In this document: one piece after another, positions 43,863 through 53,794 of the stretch | Layout: every line of letters begins with the position of its first letter | Position numbering within the stretch: the stretch's first letter is position 1 | Source of the DNA: Bacillales bacterium | GTDB taxonomy: Bacteria > Bacillota_I > Bacilli_A > RFN20 > CAG-826 | DNA: 62,020 bases | NCBI GenBank assembly: GCA_028723545.1 | Contig: JAQYER010000036.1 | Location: 1-62,020, forward strand | Reading direction: 5' to 3' | Program-made: the position numbers and the translations under genes | The notes under the pieces: model-generated | Seen by the model: only the letters and a program-made list of their open reading frames with translations | What the model was told of the DNA's origin: nothing | Database searches by the model: none

Positions 43863-44857
43863 TATTTCTTACCTCCTAATAATTTTCTTTGGAGTAAAGT
43901 GATTGTGCCAACAATGATAGTCATTAATAAGGCAATTGCTGAGCTATATCCAACGAGTTGATTTGAGAAACCTTGTTCATACATAAAATATGATAAAGTT
44001 ACTGAATTATCGTGATATCCGACCATCAACATTGGTTGGACCATAATACGGCATGCGCCGATAAAGACGGTGACAAGAACATATAAGACTGTTGGTCTAA
44101 GTCCTGGAACAGTGACTTTCCAAAAGCGATGCCAAGCATTACAACCATCTAATCTTGCCGCTTCGTATAAGTCTTTTCTAATACCAGTTAAAGCTGATAA
44201 GAAAATTAACATTTGATATCCGCAACCTTGCCAAGCGGAAATAAAGACGATTGTTGGCATTGTTGTCTTTGGATCATTTAATAAATCTTTTGCAGGAATA
44301 TTAAATAATCCTAAGATTGAGTTAAACATTCCTGATTCACTTGGTGAAAGGATTTGTTTCCATAAATAAGATGTAACTGAAAGAGAAATAACTACCGGAG
44401 TAAAGAAACAGACTTTAAAAATAGTATTTCCTTTCATCTTTGCATTACAAAATAGAGCAAGAAGTAAAGCTAATCCAATTTGTAATGGAACAACTAAGAC
44501 GACAAAATATAAAGTATTTAAGACGGCACGCGAGAGCTTTTGATCTTTGTTAAACATTTCTTTAAACGCAAGAATGAAGTTATCAAAACCAATGAATTCA
44601 ATTTGATTTGGTTTTAATAATTTATAGTTAGTGAAGCTATACGCTAAAGAATAAATAATTGGTAATAAGACAAAGAAATAAGCTAATATACACGCCGGAA
44701 GAAGAAACAATAAAGCTGTTAAAGTTCTCTTCCAGGTATATTTTTGTTGTAAGCGTTTAGCTTTTTTAATATCCAAAATTACAACGATAACAAAAATAGC
44801 AACAAATACCGCTAAAATAATTAAGGCCGATACTAGAAGAATATTTTTGCTAAACAT
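43862..44857 (-). CDS. carbohydrate ABC permease (MalF-class)
   Basis: Six TM helices and EAA loop EAARLDGCNAWHRFWKVTVP. Confidence 0.85.
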   Translation of the reverse strand: MFSKNILLVSALIILAVFVAIFVIVVILDIKKAKRLQQKYTWKRTLTALLFLLPACILAYFFVLLPIIYSLAYSFTNYKLLKPNQIEFIGFDNFILAFKEMFNKDQKLSRAVLNTLYFVVLVVPLQIGLALLLALFCNAKMKGNTIFKVCFFTPVVISLSVTSYLWKQILSPSESGMFNSILGLFNIPAKDLLNDPKTTMPTIVFISAWQGCGYQMLIFLSALTGIRKDLYEAARLDGCNAWHRFWKVTVPGLRPTVLYVLVTVFIGACRIMVQPMLMVGYHDNSVTLSYFMYEQGFSNQLVGYSSAIALLMTIIVGTITLLQRKLLGGKK

Positions 44858-44859
44858 AA

Positions 44860-46146
44860 TTATCTTTTATCTAATTCGCTTTGTAATTCATTAGCTGCTG
44901 CATCAACAGTAGCGGAAATATCATTAGTTGTTCTAAGTTTATAAATGACATCTGAGAATGATGTTGTAAATTGTGGATATCCAACAGTAACTGGTCTTTC
45001 TTTACCAGTTTGTGCAAGTTGATTTAATAAGACGCTTTCTGGTGATCCAGGTGCGTAATTTGTTACACAAGATTTACGGCATGGAATCATTCCGGTCGCA
45101 TTAGTGATAGTTGTTGAAGATGAAGCACTTGACATCCATTTAAGTAATTCAAGAGCACATGATTTATCTTTAACACCATTATTTGTAATTGCATATGACC
45201 AGCTTCCTGTCGCACTCGCTCTTGTTTCGAGCTTTGGATAAGGAAGAAGTCCCCATGAATCACGATTTGGGAATTGTTCAGGGAATTTATTATCTAAATC
45301 TGGAATTGTCCAACCAGATGAAAGATACATACCGACCTTTCCAGTGAAGAAGTCAGTTGCCCCAATTGCATATGAAGTATATGAAGCATCAACTAAATCT
45401 TTAAAGAATTGGAAACCAACTTTTGATTTATCAGAATTAAAATATCCAGTGGCGGTTAATCCATCGCTTGAAACAAAAGATCCACCAGCTGCATAAATAA
45501 ATGGATAAAGTAAATATGTTGCTGTTTCATCATTTGTTGCGTCGAGTCTCATATCAACTGGAGTTACTCCACGGGCTTTTAATTTGCTACAAACATCTTT
45601 AAATTGATCAAATGTCCACGGATTTTCAACTGTGTATGAAGAGACATTGATTCCTGCATCAGCAAATATTCTTTTGTTATAGAAAAATCCAGCGCTTGAT
45701 TCTTGAATTGGAAGACCATAAATCTTTCCTTGATATGTATTTAATGATAAGAAGTCATCTTTTTCTTCTTGAGTAAAGTCATTAGTTACATCATAAAGTA
45801 AATCCGCATCAGCGTATGAAGCGCAGTTTGGAGCATCAAAAGTAATGATATCTGGTAAATCATTATCTATTTGAAGAGCGATTAATTGTTGTTCATAGTC
45901 CGCTCCACCGGCAGTACGAGCTTTAAATGTCGCTGCTGCTTTAATTTTTTGATCTTCATATTCCGTATTGAAATCGCTTATTAATTTTTGATAAGCTTTG
46001 CCTTCTGAAGAGTTCTTATCAACGTGGAACATAATTTTGACAATTTTATTGCCTGATTCATCAGTTGGTTGTTCATCTCCACCGCCATCAACACATGAGG
46101 CAAGAAGAAGTGAAGATAACATCATAAACAAGATTGATTTTTTCAT
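44860..46146 (-). CDS. ABC extracellular sugar-binding lipoprotein (family-1 SBP)
   Basis: 428 aa, lipobox LASC, upstream of the permease pair in the fructan locus. Confidence 0.85.
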   Translation of the reverse strand: MKKSILFMMLSSLLLASCVDGGGDEQPTDESGNKIVKIMFHVDKNSSEGKAYQKLISDFNTEYEDQKIKAAATFKARTAGGADYEQQLIALQIDNDLPDIITFDAPNCASYADADLLYDVTNDFTQEEKDDFLSLNTYQGKIYGLPIQESSAGFFYNKRIFADAGINVSSYTVENPWTFDQFKDVCSKLKARGVTPVDMRLDATNDETATYLLYPFIYAAGGSFVSSDGLTATGYFNSDKSKVGFQFFKDLVDASYTSYAIGATDFFTGKVGMYLSSGWTIPDLDNKFPEQFPNRDSWGLLPYPKLETRASATGSWSYAITNNGVKDKSCALELLKWMSSASSSTTITNATGMIPCRKSCVTNYAPGSPESVLLNQLAQTGKERPVTVGYPQFTTSFSDVIYKLRTTNDISATVDAAANELQSELDKR

Positions 46147-46166
46147 TTTCTTTTGTTCTCCTTTTC

Positions 46167-47141
46167 TTATTTTGTTGTAATACCTTTATTTATCGTTGTA
46201 TTTAAGACATAGATTTGGTCAACTTCTTCTTCATCAATTATTTGTTTTAAGACTCGGAAGGCAGTATTAGCCATTTCTTGAATTGGTTGATAAATGGTTG
46301 TAATTGGCATAAGAGAACGAATCTCTTTTACAAGTCCATCATAACCAATTAGTTGAATATCGTTAGGGAATTTAGCTCCTCTACTAACTAATTTTGAATA
46401 AACAATTTGTGATAACACTGAGTTTGAAGCAAATATAGCGTCTAAATCTTTGTAACTATCAAGGAATTTATCGACTAATTTTTCTTCTTCGCCATGATCG
46501 ATAACTTCATTCATAAAGCGTGGCTCAAGTTGGTGTTCTTTAATGACATCTAAATAAGCTTTTTCACGAAGTAAGACTTCTGAATCAACGAGTGGTTTTG
46601 TCCCGATATATCCAATCTTTTTAGCGCCTGAAGCAATTAATTGTTCAATTGCTTCTTTCGTTGAATCATAGTTATTTGAAGTAATGCAAGGAACAAAGTT
46701 CGCTAAGTGGCGGTCAATACTAACAAGAGGTAAATTAATTAATTCCTTTTCATCGTGAGAATAATGGGTAACAAAGATTGCTCCATCGATTTCTTTTTGA
46801 CGAATCTTTTTTAATATTTCTTTCTCTCTTTCTTTGTTCATTTGTGAGGTGACAAGAAGTAATGAATATTTATTTTCCATTGCTATTTGTTCAACATATT
46901 CAACAAATTCCGCAAAGAACGGATGATTAATAACTGGAACCATAACTGCGATAACTCCGCTATGTTTTAAACGAAGACGCGCTCCATTGACATTAGGTGT
47001 GTAATGCAATTCGTCGATTACTTTAAGAATTTTTTGTCTTGTTGAGTCTTTAACTGATATATCGTTAGAGAGTACTCTTGAGACTGTTCCGACTGCGAAA
47101 CCAGACTTTTTTGCAACATCTAAAATCGTTATTTTTGACAT
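46167..47141 (-). CDS. LacI-family transcriptional regulator (fructan locus)
   Basis: HTH MSKITILDVAKKSGFAVGTVSRVLSN plus a sugar-binding fold. The start overlaps the tail of the upstream GH32 gene by 13 nt. Confidence 0.9.
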   Translation of the reverse strand: MSKITILDVAKKSGFAVGTVSRVLSNDISVKDSTRQKILKVIDELHYTPNVNGARLRLKHSGVIAVMVPVINHPFFAEFVEYVEQIAMENKYSLLLVTSQMNKEREKEILKKIRQKEIDGAIFVTHYSHDEKELINLPLVSIDRHLANFVPCITSNNYDSTKEAIEQLIASGAKKIGYIGTKPLVDSEVLLREKAYLDVIKEHQLEPRFMNEVIDHGEEEKLVDKFLDSYKDLDAIFASNSVLSQIVYSKLVSRGAKFPNDIQLIGYDGLVKEIRSLMPITTIYQPIQEMANTAFRVLKQIIDEEEVDQIYVLNTTINKGITTK

Positions 47142-50100
47142 TTAGCTTTGTTTCCTTTCTTCTTTAATAAGATGATTGTTAAAATAACACCTCCACCAAC
47201 AACTAAGACCGATGGGATAGTAATTAATAAGACAATTAATAAAGTATTATCTTTTTCAACAACTGGTTGATAAGTATTATTTTGAAGTATTTTAACGTTA
47301 ATAATTTCATCATTAATTTTTACTTCATTATCTCCTAATGCAAATACTGAAGAATCAATATGAAGAACATAATTCTTCACATAATATTTATCTTCACTAA
47401 TTTGTTCATTATTAATAATTAATGAATTAATCGTGCGATTACCAATATAAATAGTGACTTCTAATCCTAAATAAGTTTCAACATCTTCTAAAGCAATATC
47501 ATCAAGATTATTAATTTGAACTGTGAAAATAAATTTTGATGATTCGCCATTAATTAATAATGAATATGTTGTTTCTTCGCTTAATGTTAAGAAATATTGT
47601 TTAGAAATCGTAATATTTCTTCCATTAATTTCATAATATTGTTCACTAATTCTTTGATTGTTTTTTGTGATGTTAATAATAGAATTAACGCGTTGTTCGA
47701 CTGGAGATTTAATAATTAAATCTTCATTATTAAAGACATAATTTTCTTTAATAAGACTAATGTTTTTATAAATAATTGTTCCAGCGCAAACATTTAAGCC
47801 AATATATCCTTCTTGAGGATCGCTATCTTCAAGTAATGTATCAATAACAACTAATCCGTTTAATAATAATTTAATATTGTTATCATTAACTTTAACCATT
47901 AATGAAGCATTTGAGGAATCAATTGGATTAACGCTCGCACGAGCGATTTCTCGATCTTGAGACCAAATTTTACAAATATTTCCAGCTTTATCATAGTTAC
48001 ACATAATGTAACTAGACATATCTAAAGAGGCATGGAGTAATACACCTCCGGCAACAGCGTTAGAAATATTAAATGCTGCACTTAATGTGAAATTCTTTTC
48101 ATTATTATTCGAAATAATAAATCCATCTCCAGATGGTTGATTTCCAACTAATCCATTAGAAGTTGTTCGCCAATTACCAGATACAACATTTTCTTTATTA
48201 AATGATAAATCTGAATCAATTATTCCATTATCAACTGTAACCGTAATTGTTTTGTTATTACCATCAGAAATGACATTAATTTTAGCCACACCATTTTGTT
48301 TAGCTTTAACAATTAATCCTTTATTTGTTGGAGTAATATCAATTACATCGACTCCTGATTCAATCTCATAATTAATTTCACTACCATTAGATGAATAGCA
48401 AATAATTTCTTTTTCATCTAAAAGATTTAAATCTAATTCAAGATTATCTTTATTTAAATATAACACTCCTTTGTCGAGTTCATTTTCATCATGCCAAATA
48501 GACGCAATTTGATTGATGGTTAAATTATTAATTAACACATTACCAGATGTTCTAATTGAGGCATTGATTGAATACGGTTGAGATAATGTTAAATTATAGA
48601 AAGCATATTTATAATCGCCTACAAATAATTCAAATCCTCCATTATCAACCAAACAATAGAATGTCTGATTATTTAAATCGCAACTTCCGGTTGAAAAGCG
48701 GTGATGGTAATTTTTATTGAAAGATAATCCAGCATCAGAAGTGTGACTTCTATCAACATAATAACCTTCATCTTTATTCCATCCAAATGAAGTATATTCA
48801 TCATCAGATTCATTAATTCTAAATTCGATTGATTCACTATTTTCGTTAGTGAACGAAGCAATAATTTCTAAGTTTTGTGAGGCAACTTCACTTAAGATGT
48901 TGCTTTCGTTATTAAATTGTTCACCAATAACATTAACAACATTCGTTTTTGATAAATCATCATTATCAATAGTAATTGGTTTTTGCGTTAAGATATAGCG
49001 ATCGTTTTCTTTGGCTAAACCGAGTTCAACTGGAATTGTCATTCCTGAACCATTCCAAGTTGTTCTTACTTCCGCATAAAGTCCACTTTCGGCATCAGAA
49101 GGCAATCCTTGATACCAAGAAAGAGAAATTCTTTTACCATAATATTTTGATGAAGCATCATCAATATAGAAACATTGAGCGGCATAACTATCATCGCCAT
49201 AATCCATTGTTTGATAATCTTCACTAATGGCGTTTTCAAGTTTTCGCCCACTGACAAGAGTGAAATTAATATTTGTTCCATCATAACTAAAATCACCAAC
49301 AACATAATAACGTGATGAAACAGTAATTACAGAATGAGTTAATCCATCACTAGTATTTAATGTTGATACTGTTAAACATTCTGGATATGGGCATTTACCT
49401 TGACCCGCTAAAGACCAATTAACAAGGTCATTAGATTTTAAGAACCAATAATCATTTGATTCCGCTCCAGCTACAATCATTCCCCATAAAGTAACTTTAT
49501 CACCGGATTTAGTAACTGGGAAAATAGATGGATCTCGACATGAAATCTTATCTCCTGCATAAACTAAATCTTGCGATAATAAAATTCTTTTAACCCAAGT
49601 ATAACCACCATCATCACTTGAAATAATTACTTGGTCTTGTTTAGCGCCATCACGAGTATAAAAACCAATTAAGCCTTCACCATTTCCATTTGGGAACCAG
49701 TTATATCCATCGATAACATCACTCATTCCTTTGCGATACACCATCGCGGAACCACTCCAAGCATAGCCATTACCTAAGCCCATTCCCATTGTTCCATCAT
49801 CTGGGAATAAAGCATATGGAAGTTCTTCCCAATGGATGAGGTCTTGGCTTCTTGCGTGTCCCCAATACATATCACCCCAAAATTTTGAATATGGGTTTGT
49901 TTGGTAATACAAATGGTACCAACCGTTATAATACACTAATCCATTTGGGTCATTATTCCAGTGAGAGAATTGTGAATAATGGTATTGGTTACGATATAGT
50001 TCGGTGTAATATGCATAATCGCTTTTACCAATATTTTCATTAATGAAATTTACTTTAGCGTTAAAAACGTTATACCCTAAATTTCCTCCAGTATAAGTAA

Positions 50101-50623
50101 TATTTTCATTTAATGCATTTAAATCAATGTCAGTATCAACTCCAAAGCGTTTAATGTTATCGATGAAAAATTCACCATAAACATGTTCACCCTCAACACT
50201 AAGAACGACTTTAAAATCATAAATATTGTTTTCTCTTACACGAGGCTTAATTAAATTTAATTCACTTTGTGTAACTTTGTCATTGCCAATAAAATATTCA
50301 GATAATAATTCAGTTGCAGTAGTAACTCCTTCAGTAACACTGAAATATAATAATTTGGTTCTATTTTCGTATCTATCGATATTAAAAACCCAGTAATGTT
50401 CATCTTGGCTAGCGCCGAACACAATTCCACAAGCTTGACCACTTACAAAATTTGCTTGGCTAGTAATGACAAAACTTTCGTCTTCCGCAAAAGATGTTTC
50501 GTTAACTAAGAAATAATCTGAATTATATTCAAGATAATATCCATCTGCTTTTGCTTCAATAAAATTGTTTCCTAATGTTGGAACAATAAATAAAGCAAGT
50601 AGAGGTAAAAATATTTTTTTCAT
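47129..50623 (-). CDS. 1164-aa surface-anchored multidomain GH32 fructanase (levanase/inulinase-type)
   Basis: Signal peptide, then an N-terminal LamG/DUF1080-like module. GH32 motifs YRNQYHYSQFSHWNNDPNGLVYYNGWYHLYYQTNP, CRDPSIF and YPECL. A Big_2-like module, a second LamG/CBM66-like module, two X2-like modules, and a C-terminal TM helix plus KKKGNKAKCQK. Confidence 0.85.
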   Translation of the reverse strand: MKKIFLPLLALFIVPTLGNNFIEAKADGYYLEYNSDYFLVNETSFAEDESFVITSQANFVSGQACGIVFGASQDEHYWVFNIDRYENRTKLLYFSVTEGVTTATELLSEYFIGNDKVTQSELNLIKPRVRENNIYDFKVVLSVEGEHVYGEFFIDNIKRFGVDTDIDLNALNENITYTGGNLGYNVFNAKVNFINENIGKSDYAYYTELYRNQYHYSQFSHWNNDPNGLVYYNGWYHLYYQTNPYSKFWGDMYWGHARSQDLIHWEELPYALFPDDGTMGMGLGNGYAWSGSAMVYRKGMSDVIDGYNWFPNGNGEGLIGFYTRDGAKQDQVIISSDDGGYTWVKRILLSQDLVYAGDKISCRDPSIFPVTKSGDKVTLWGMIVAGAESNDYWFLKSNDLVNWSLAGQGKCPYPECLTVSTLNTSDGLTHSVITVSSRYYVVGDFSYDGTNINFTLVSGRKLENAISEDYQTMDYGDDSYAAQCFYIDDASSKYYGKRISLSWYQGLPSDAESGLYAEVRTTWNGSGMTIPVELGLAKENDRYILTQKPITIDNDDLSKTNVVNVIGEQFNNESNILSEVASQNLEIIASFTNENSESIEFRINESDDEYTSFGWNKDEGYYVDRSHTSDAGLSFNKNYHHRFSTGSCDLNNQTFYCLVDNGGFELFVGDYKYAFYNLTLSQPYSINASIRTSGNVLINNLTINQIASIWHDENELDKGVLYLNKDNLELDLNLLDEKEIICYSSNGSEINYEIESGVDVIDITPTNKGLIVKAKQNGVAKINVISDGNNKTITVTVDNGIIDSDLSFNKENVVSGNWRTTSNGLVGNQPSGDGFIISNNNEKNFTLSAAFNISNAVAGGVLLHASLDMSSYIMCNYDKAGNICKIWSQDREIARASVNPIDSSNASLMVKVNDNNIKLLLNGLVVIDTLLEDSDPQEGYIGLNVCAGTIIYKNISLIKENYVFNNEDLIIKSPVEQRVNSIINITKNNQRISEQYYEINGRNITISKQYFLTLSEETTYSLLINGESSKFIFTVQINNLDDIALEDVETYLGLEVTIYIGNRTINSLIINNEQISEDKYYVKNYVLHIDSSVFALGDNEVKINDEIINVKILQNNTYQPVVEKDNTLLIVLLITIPSVLVVGGGVILTIILLKKKGNKAKCQK

Positions 50624-50625
50624 TA

Positions 50626-51864
50626 TTAATGACCTCCAAGAATAGATTCTCCACTATTTTTATCAAATAAATGGACTTTTTGTTCATCGAAAGAAATATT
50701 AATTTGCTGTCCGTTTTCCCAAACATTATTTTCCATTGTTGAAACAATATATTCTTTTTCATCATTTTCAAAACGAACAAATAAATGAGTTGTAGATCCT
50801 AATACTTCAAAGATTGAAATATTCATTTTAATTCCATCTTTATTATTAAGTAATAGATGTTCCGCGCGTGTACCTAAGACTACTTGATGTGGATTTCCAT
50901 CTAAATATTGTGAGTCAATTGGACGAAGTTTATTTAAATCTAAATTTATAGATTGCTTACTAGAATCATTAAATTCAACATGTAGTGTTTTCTTCAATGT
51001 TTTAATTGTTACATCAAAGAAATTCATTTGTGGAGTACCAATAAATCCCGCGACAAAAATATTATTTGGATAATTAAATAAATCGGTTGGCTTATCAATT
51101 TGTTGAATGATTCCATCTTTCATAACAACGATTTTAGTTCCCATAGTCATCGCTTCAACTTGGTCATGGGTAACGTAAATGAATGTTGTTTTTAAACGTT
51201 GATGTAATTTAACAATTTCACTTCTCATTGAAGTACGTAATTTAGCATCAAGATTTGATAATGGTTCATCAAGAAGGAATAATTTAGGTCCTCTAACTAA
51301 GGCGCGTCCTAACGCGACACGTTGACATTGACCACCACTCATTTCTGAAGGTTTTCGATTAAGTAAATTTTCAATACCTAATATATTCGCTGCCCAATTT
51401 ACTTTTTCATCAATTTCCTTTTTTGTGTAATGACGCTTAACTGACTTTGTATTTCCGTCTTTATCTAAGACGACGTCATCAATCTTTCTCATTTTTAAAC
51501 CGAAAGCGATGTTTTCATAAGCTGATAAATGTGGATAAAGAGCGTAGCTTTGGAACACCATCGCCATATCTCTATTCATAGGGTCAACATTATTTAATAA
51601 AATGTCATCCATATAAAGTTCACCAGCAGAGATATCTTCAAGTCCTGCAATCATTCTTAATGTGGTGGATTTACCACATCCAGAAGGACCAACAAAGACA
51701 ACAAATTCACCATCATCAATTTCAAGATTGAAGTCTTTAACTGCTACAAAATCTTTTGGAGTTTCCACAATTTTGTTTTTTGATAAAAGACGTTTAAAAA
51801 TCGATGGTTGCTTATCTCTAGATGGATAGACTTTGTATATGTGTCTTAAAGATAATTTTGCCAT
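50626..51864 (-). CDS. MsmK/MalK-type sugar ABC ATPase (locus C)
   Basis: Walker [18 protein letters not shown] signature, Walker B FLLDEPLS. It has short insertions near the N-terminus and after the Q-loop relative to the other two paralogs. Confidence 0.9.
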   Translation of the reverse strand: MAKLSLRHIYKVYPSRDKQPSIFKRLLSKNKIVETPKDFVAVKDFNLEIDDGEFVVFVGPSGCGKSTTLRMIAGLEDISAGELYMDDILLNNVDPMNRDMAMVFQSYALYPHLSAYENIAFGLKMRKIDDVVLDKDGNTKSVKRHYTKKEIDEKVNWAANILGIENLLNRKPSEMSGGQCQRVALGRALVRGPKLFLLDEPLSNLDAKLRTSMRSEIVKLHQRLKTTFIYVTHDQVEAMTMGTKIVVMKDGIIQQIDKPTDLFNYPNNIFVAGFIGTPQMNFFDVTIKTLKKTLHVEFNDSSKQSINLDLNKLRPIDSQYLDGNPHQVVLGTRAEHLLLNNKDGIKMNISIFEVLGSTTHLFVRFENDEKEYIVSTMENNVWENGQQINISFDEQKVHLFDKNSGESILGGH

Positions 51865-51883
51865 ATAATTTCTCCTTTAAGTA

Positions 51884-51898
51884 TTGAATCGTTTCCAA
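51884..51898. promoter_or_regulatory. cre/LacI-type operator TTGAATCGTTTCCAA in the locus C leader
   Basis: It lies between the predicted -10 box (51903-51908) and the SD of the ATPase gene. Confidence 0.5.
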
Positions 51899-51902
51899 AA
51901 TT

Positions 51903-51931
51903 ATTATAATATGCTCGGTTTTCATTTTTAA
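51903..51931 (-). promoter_or_regulatory. candidate sigma-A promoter of locus C (TTAAAA, 17 nt, TATAAT)
   Basis: On the minus strand, TATAAT is the complement of 51903-51908 and TTAAAA is the complement of 51926-31. Confidence 0.4.
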
Positions 51932-52024
51932 AATAATTTATAAAATAAATTTTAAATATTGCTTATATACTTTGTATATAAAAAATTGAAATTTGCTTCA
52001 TTTAACTAAAAAATTGAAATTATT

Positions 52025-52040
52025 TTGGAAACGTTTCCAA
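52025..52040. promoter_or_regulatory. perfect 16-bp palindrome TTGGAAACGTTTCCAA (cre consensus or distal LacI operator)
   Basis: The core TGGAAACGTTTCCA fits TGNAANCGNTTNCA. It lies ~125 bp upstream of the proximal operator. Confidence 0.55.
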
Positions 52041-52070
52041 AAATTATTACAACTTTTTGATTCTTAAAAT

Positions 52071-52097
52071 TAAAAAAATGCAGGCATAACCCGCATT
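52071..52097 (-). terminator. rho-independent terminator after fakA
   Basis: On the minus strand, atgcggg-ttat-gcctgcat (52078-52096) followed by TTTTTTT. Confidence 0.6.
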
Positions 52098-52114
52098 TTC
52101 AAGTTCTTAATTAA

Positions 52115-53794
52115 TTATTCAATATCAATGAAATAAGAATAAACTGATTGTCCACCATCGAATGAACCAACTTCAATCCATGGATAATTGCTTGTAATTA
52201 ATTCAATTGATTTTTCTTTTTCAACATCGGTAACATCACTTCCGAAGATTAAGACAATAACTTGTTTTTCTTTAATATCTTCAATACTGTCTAATAACGA
52301 TTTTAAGATTTGAATTTTATCATTAACTGACGCGACTATTTGACCATTAACAATCGCCATATAATCATCTTTATGAATATCAACATTATTAATTGTGCAA
52401 TCTCTAATTGAATAAGTTACTTCTCCACTAGTAACATTAGCGAAACTTTCATTAATTGATTCAATAATTTGATCAACATCATCGATTGAGAAATCAATCA
52501 TTGTAAGCGCACTATAGCATTGAGGAATAGTCTTTGTTTCAATAACATGTATTTCAGCTGCTTTATATAATTGAGCAGATTGTTTAGCGGCTAAAATAAT
52601 ATTTTTGTTATTTGGGAATACGAAGATATGATCAGCATTTATTTTTTTATAAGCAGAGATAAAATCTTCTGTTGAAGGATTCATTGTATTGTTTCCAGAT
52701 ACAATTTGATCAACTCCAAATTCTTTAAATTGATTTGCTAGTCCTTCACCTGATGCGACCGCGACAATAGCGAACTTCTTGTGTGGAATTTTTTCTTCCT
52801 CTTCAGTAATTTCGTTATGTTGAAGAGCCATATTCTCAATCTTAATTGTTAAGAATTCACCATATTCACGCATCTTGGTTAATACTAATCCAGGATTTTT
52901 TGTATGAACATGTACTTTAATAACATCTTCGTCTTTTAAACAAACAATAGAATCGCCTTTTACTTTTGAATGTTGTAAATAATCAATAATGATATTTTCA
53001 TCAAAAGAAGGAATATCTACTTTTGAATTTTGTAAACGTAAAATAAATTCAGTGCAATATCCAAATTTTAATACATCGTTAGCAGTAAAAGCATCGAAAT
53101 CAATTTCATTAGAAGTTGTTTTATTTGCTTCAACTTCAAGATTTCCAACTACTTCTTCACCATCTAAATATTTAACGATTCCTTTGACAATATAACAATA
53201 TCCACATCCACCACTATCAATAACATCAGCTTCTTTTAAAACTGGTAATAATTCTTTAGTGTTTTTTAATGAAATAAGGGCTTGTTTTAAATGTAATTCA
53301 AAGAATTCATTAATTGTTGATGTTTCATTAATGTTAGCACATGCATATTCAGTTGCTTCTCTAAAAACAGTAAGAATTGTTCCTTCAACTGGAGTAACAA
53401 CTGCTTCATAAGCTTGTTTAACACCAGTTTTAAAAGCTTCGCCTAATTCTATTGCGCCAACAGTTTCATATGTTGCAAGGCCTTTACAAATTCCGCGGAA
53501 TATTTGGGATAAAATAACGCCAGAATTACCTCTTGCGCCCATTAACATTCCTTTAGAAAGATCTTTTCCTATCTTTCCAATATTGTTTTCGTTTTTATTT
53601 TCAATGTTAACGACACCAGATTCAATAGTGCGGCACATATTTGTACCTGTATCACCATCTGGAACTGGGAAAACATTTAAATTATCGACTTCTTGATAAT
53701 TTGCTCTTAAATTTAAAGCGCCACATTTAACTAATTCTTTAAATTCAGACCCGTTTAACTGTTTTAACTCTCTCGTGTCCATTTTATTCAGCAC
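52115..53794 (-). CDS. fakA: DAK2/DhaL-domain protein YloV/FakA (fatty acid kinase, ATP-binding subunit)
   Basis: 559 aa with an N-terminal DhaL motif PDGDTGTNM and a typical YloV length. It overlaps and follows a DegV gene. Confidence 0.8.
   Translation of the reverse strand: MLNKMDTRELKQLNGSEFKELVKCGALNLRANYQEVDNLNVFPVPDGDTGTNMCRTIESGVVNIENKNENNIGKIGKDLSKGMLMGARGNSGVILSQIFRGICKGLATYETVGAIELGEAFKTGVKQAYEAVVTPVEGTILTVFREATEYACANINETSTINEFFELHLKQALISLKNTKELLPVLKEADVIDSGGCGYCYIVKGIVKYLDGEEVVGNLEVEANKTTSNEIDFDAFTANDVLKFGYCTEFILRLQNSKVDIPSFDENIIIDYLQHSKVKGDSIVCLKDEDVIKVHVHTKNPGLVLTKMREYGEFLTIKIENMALQHNEITEEEEKIPHKKFAIVAVASGEGLANQFKEFGVDQIVSGNNTMNPSTEDFISAYKKINADHIFVFPNNKNIILAAKQSAQLYKAAEIHVIETKTIPQCYSALTMIDFSIDDVDQIIESINESFANVTSGEVTYSIRDCTINNVDIHKDDYMAIVNGQIVASVNDKIQILKSLLDSIEDIKEKQVIVLIFGSDVTDVEKEKSIELITSNYPWIEVGSFDGGQSVYSYFIDIE

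Noticed and set aside
6806-49227. Many short plus-strand ORFs nested in minus-strand genes (for example 6806-7081, 7471-7707, 7697-7969, 8205-8453, 10294-10515, 24237-24530, 36298-36678, 41010-41270, 48976-49227)
   Set aside because: These are antisense shadow ORFs inside long, well-supported genes. Their composition (F, I, L, S-rich) is typical of the reverse frame of AT-rich coding DNA.
50556-50780. 74-aa minus-strand ORF spanning the ATPase/GH32 junction
   Set aside because: It is out of frame with both well-supported genes and overlaps them entirely.
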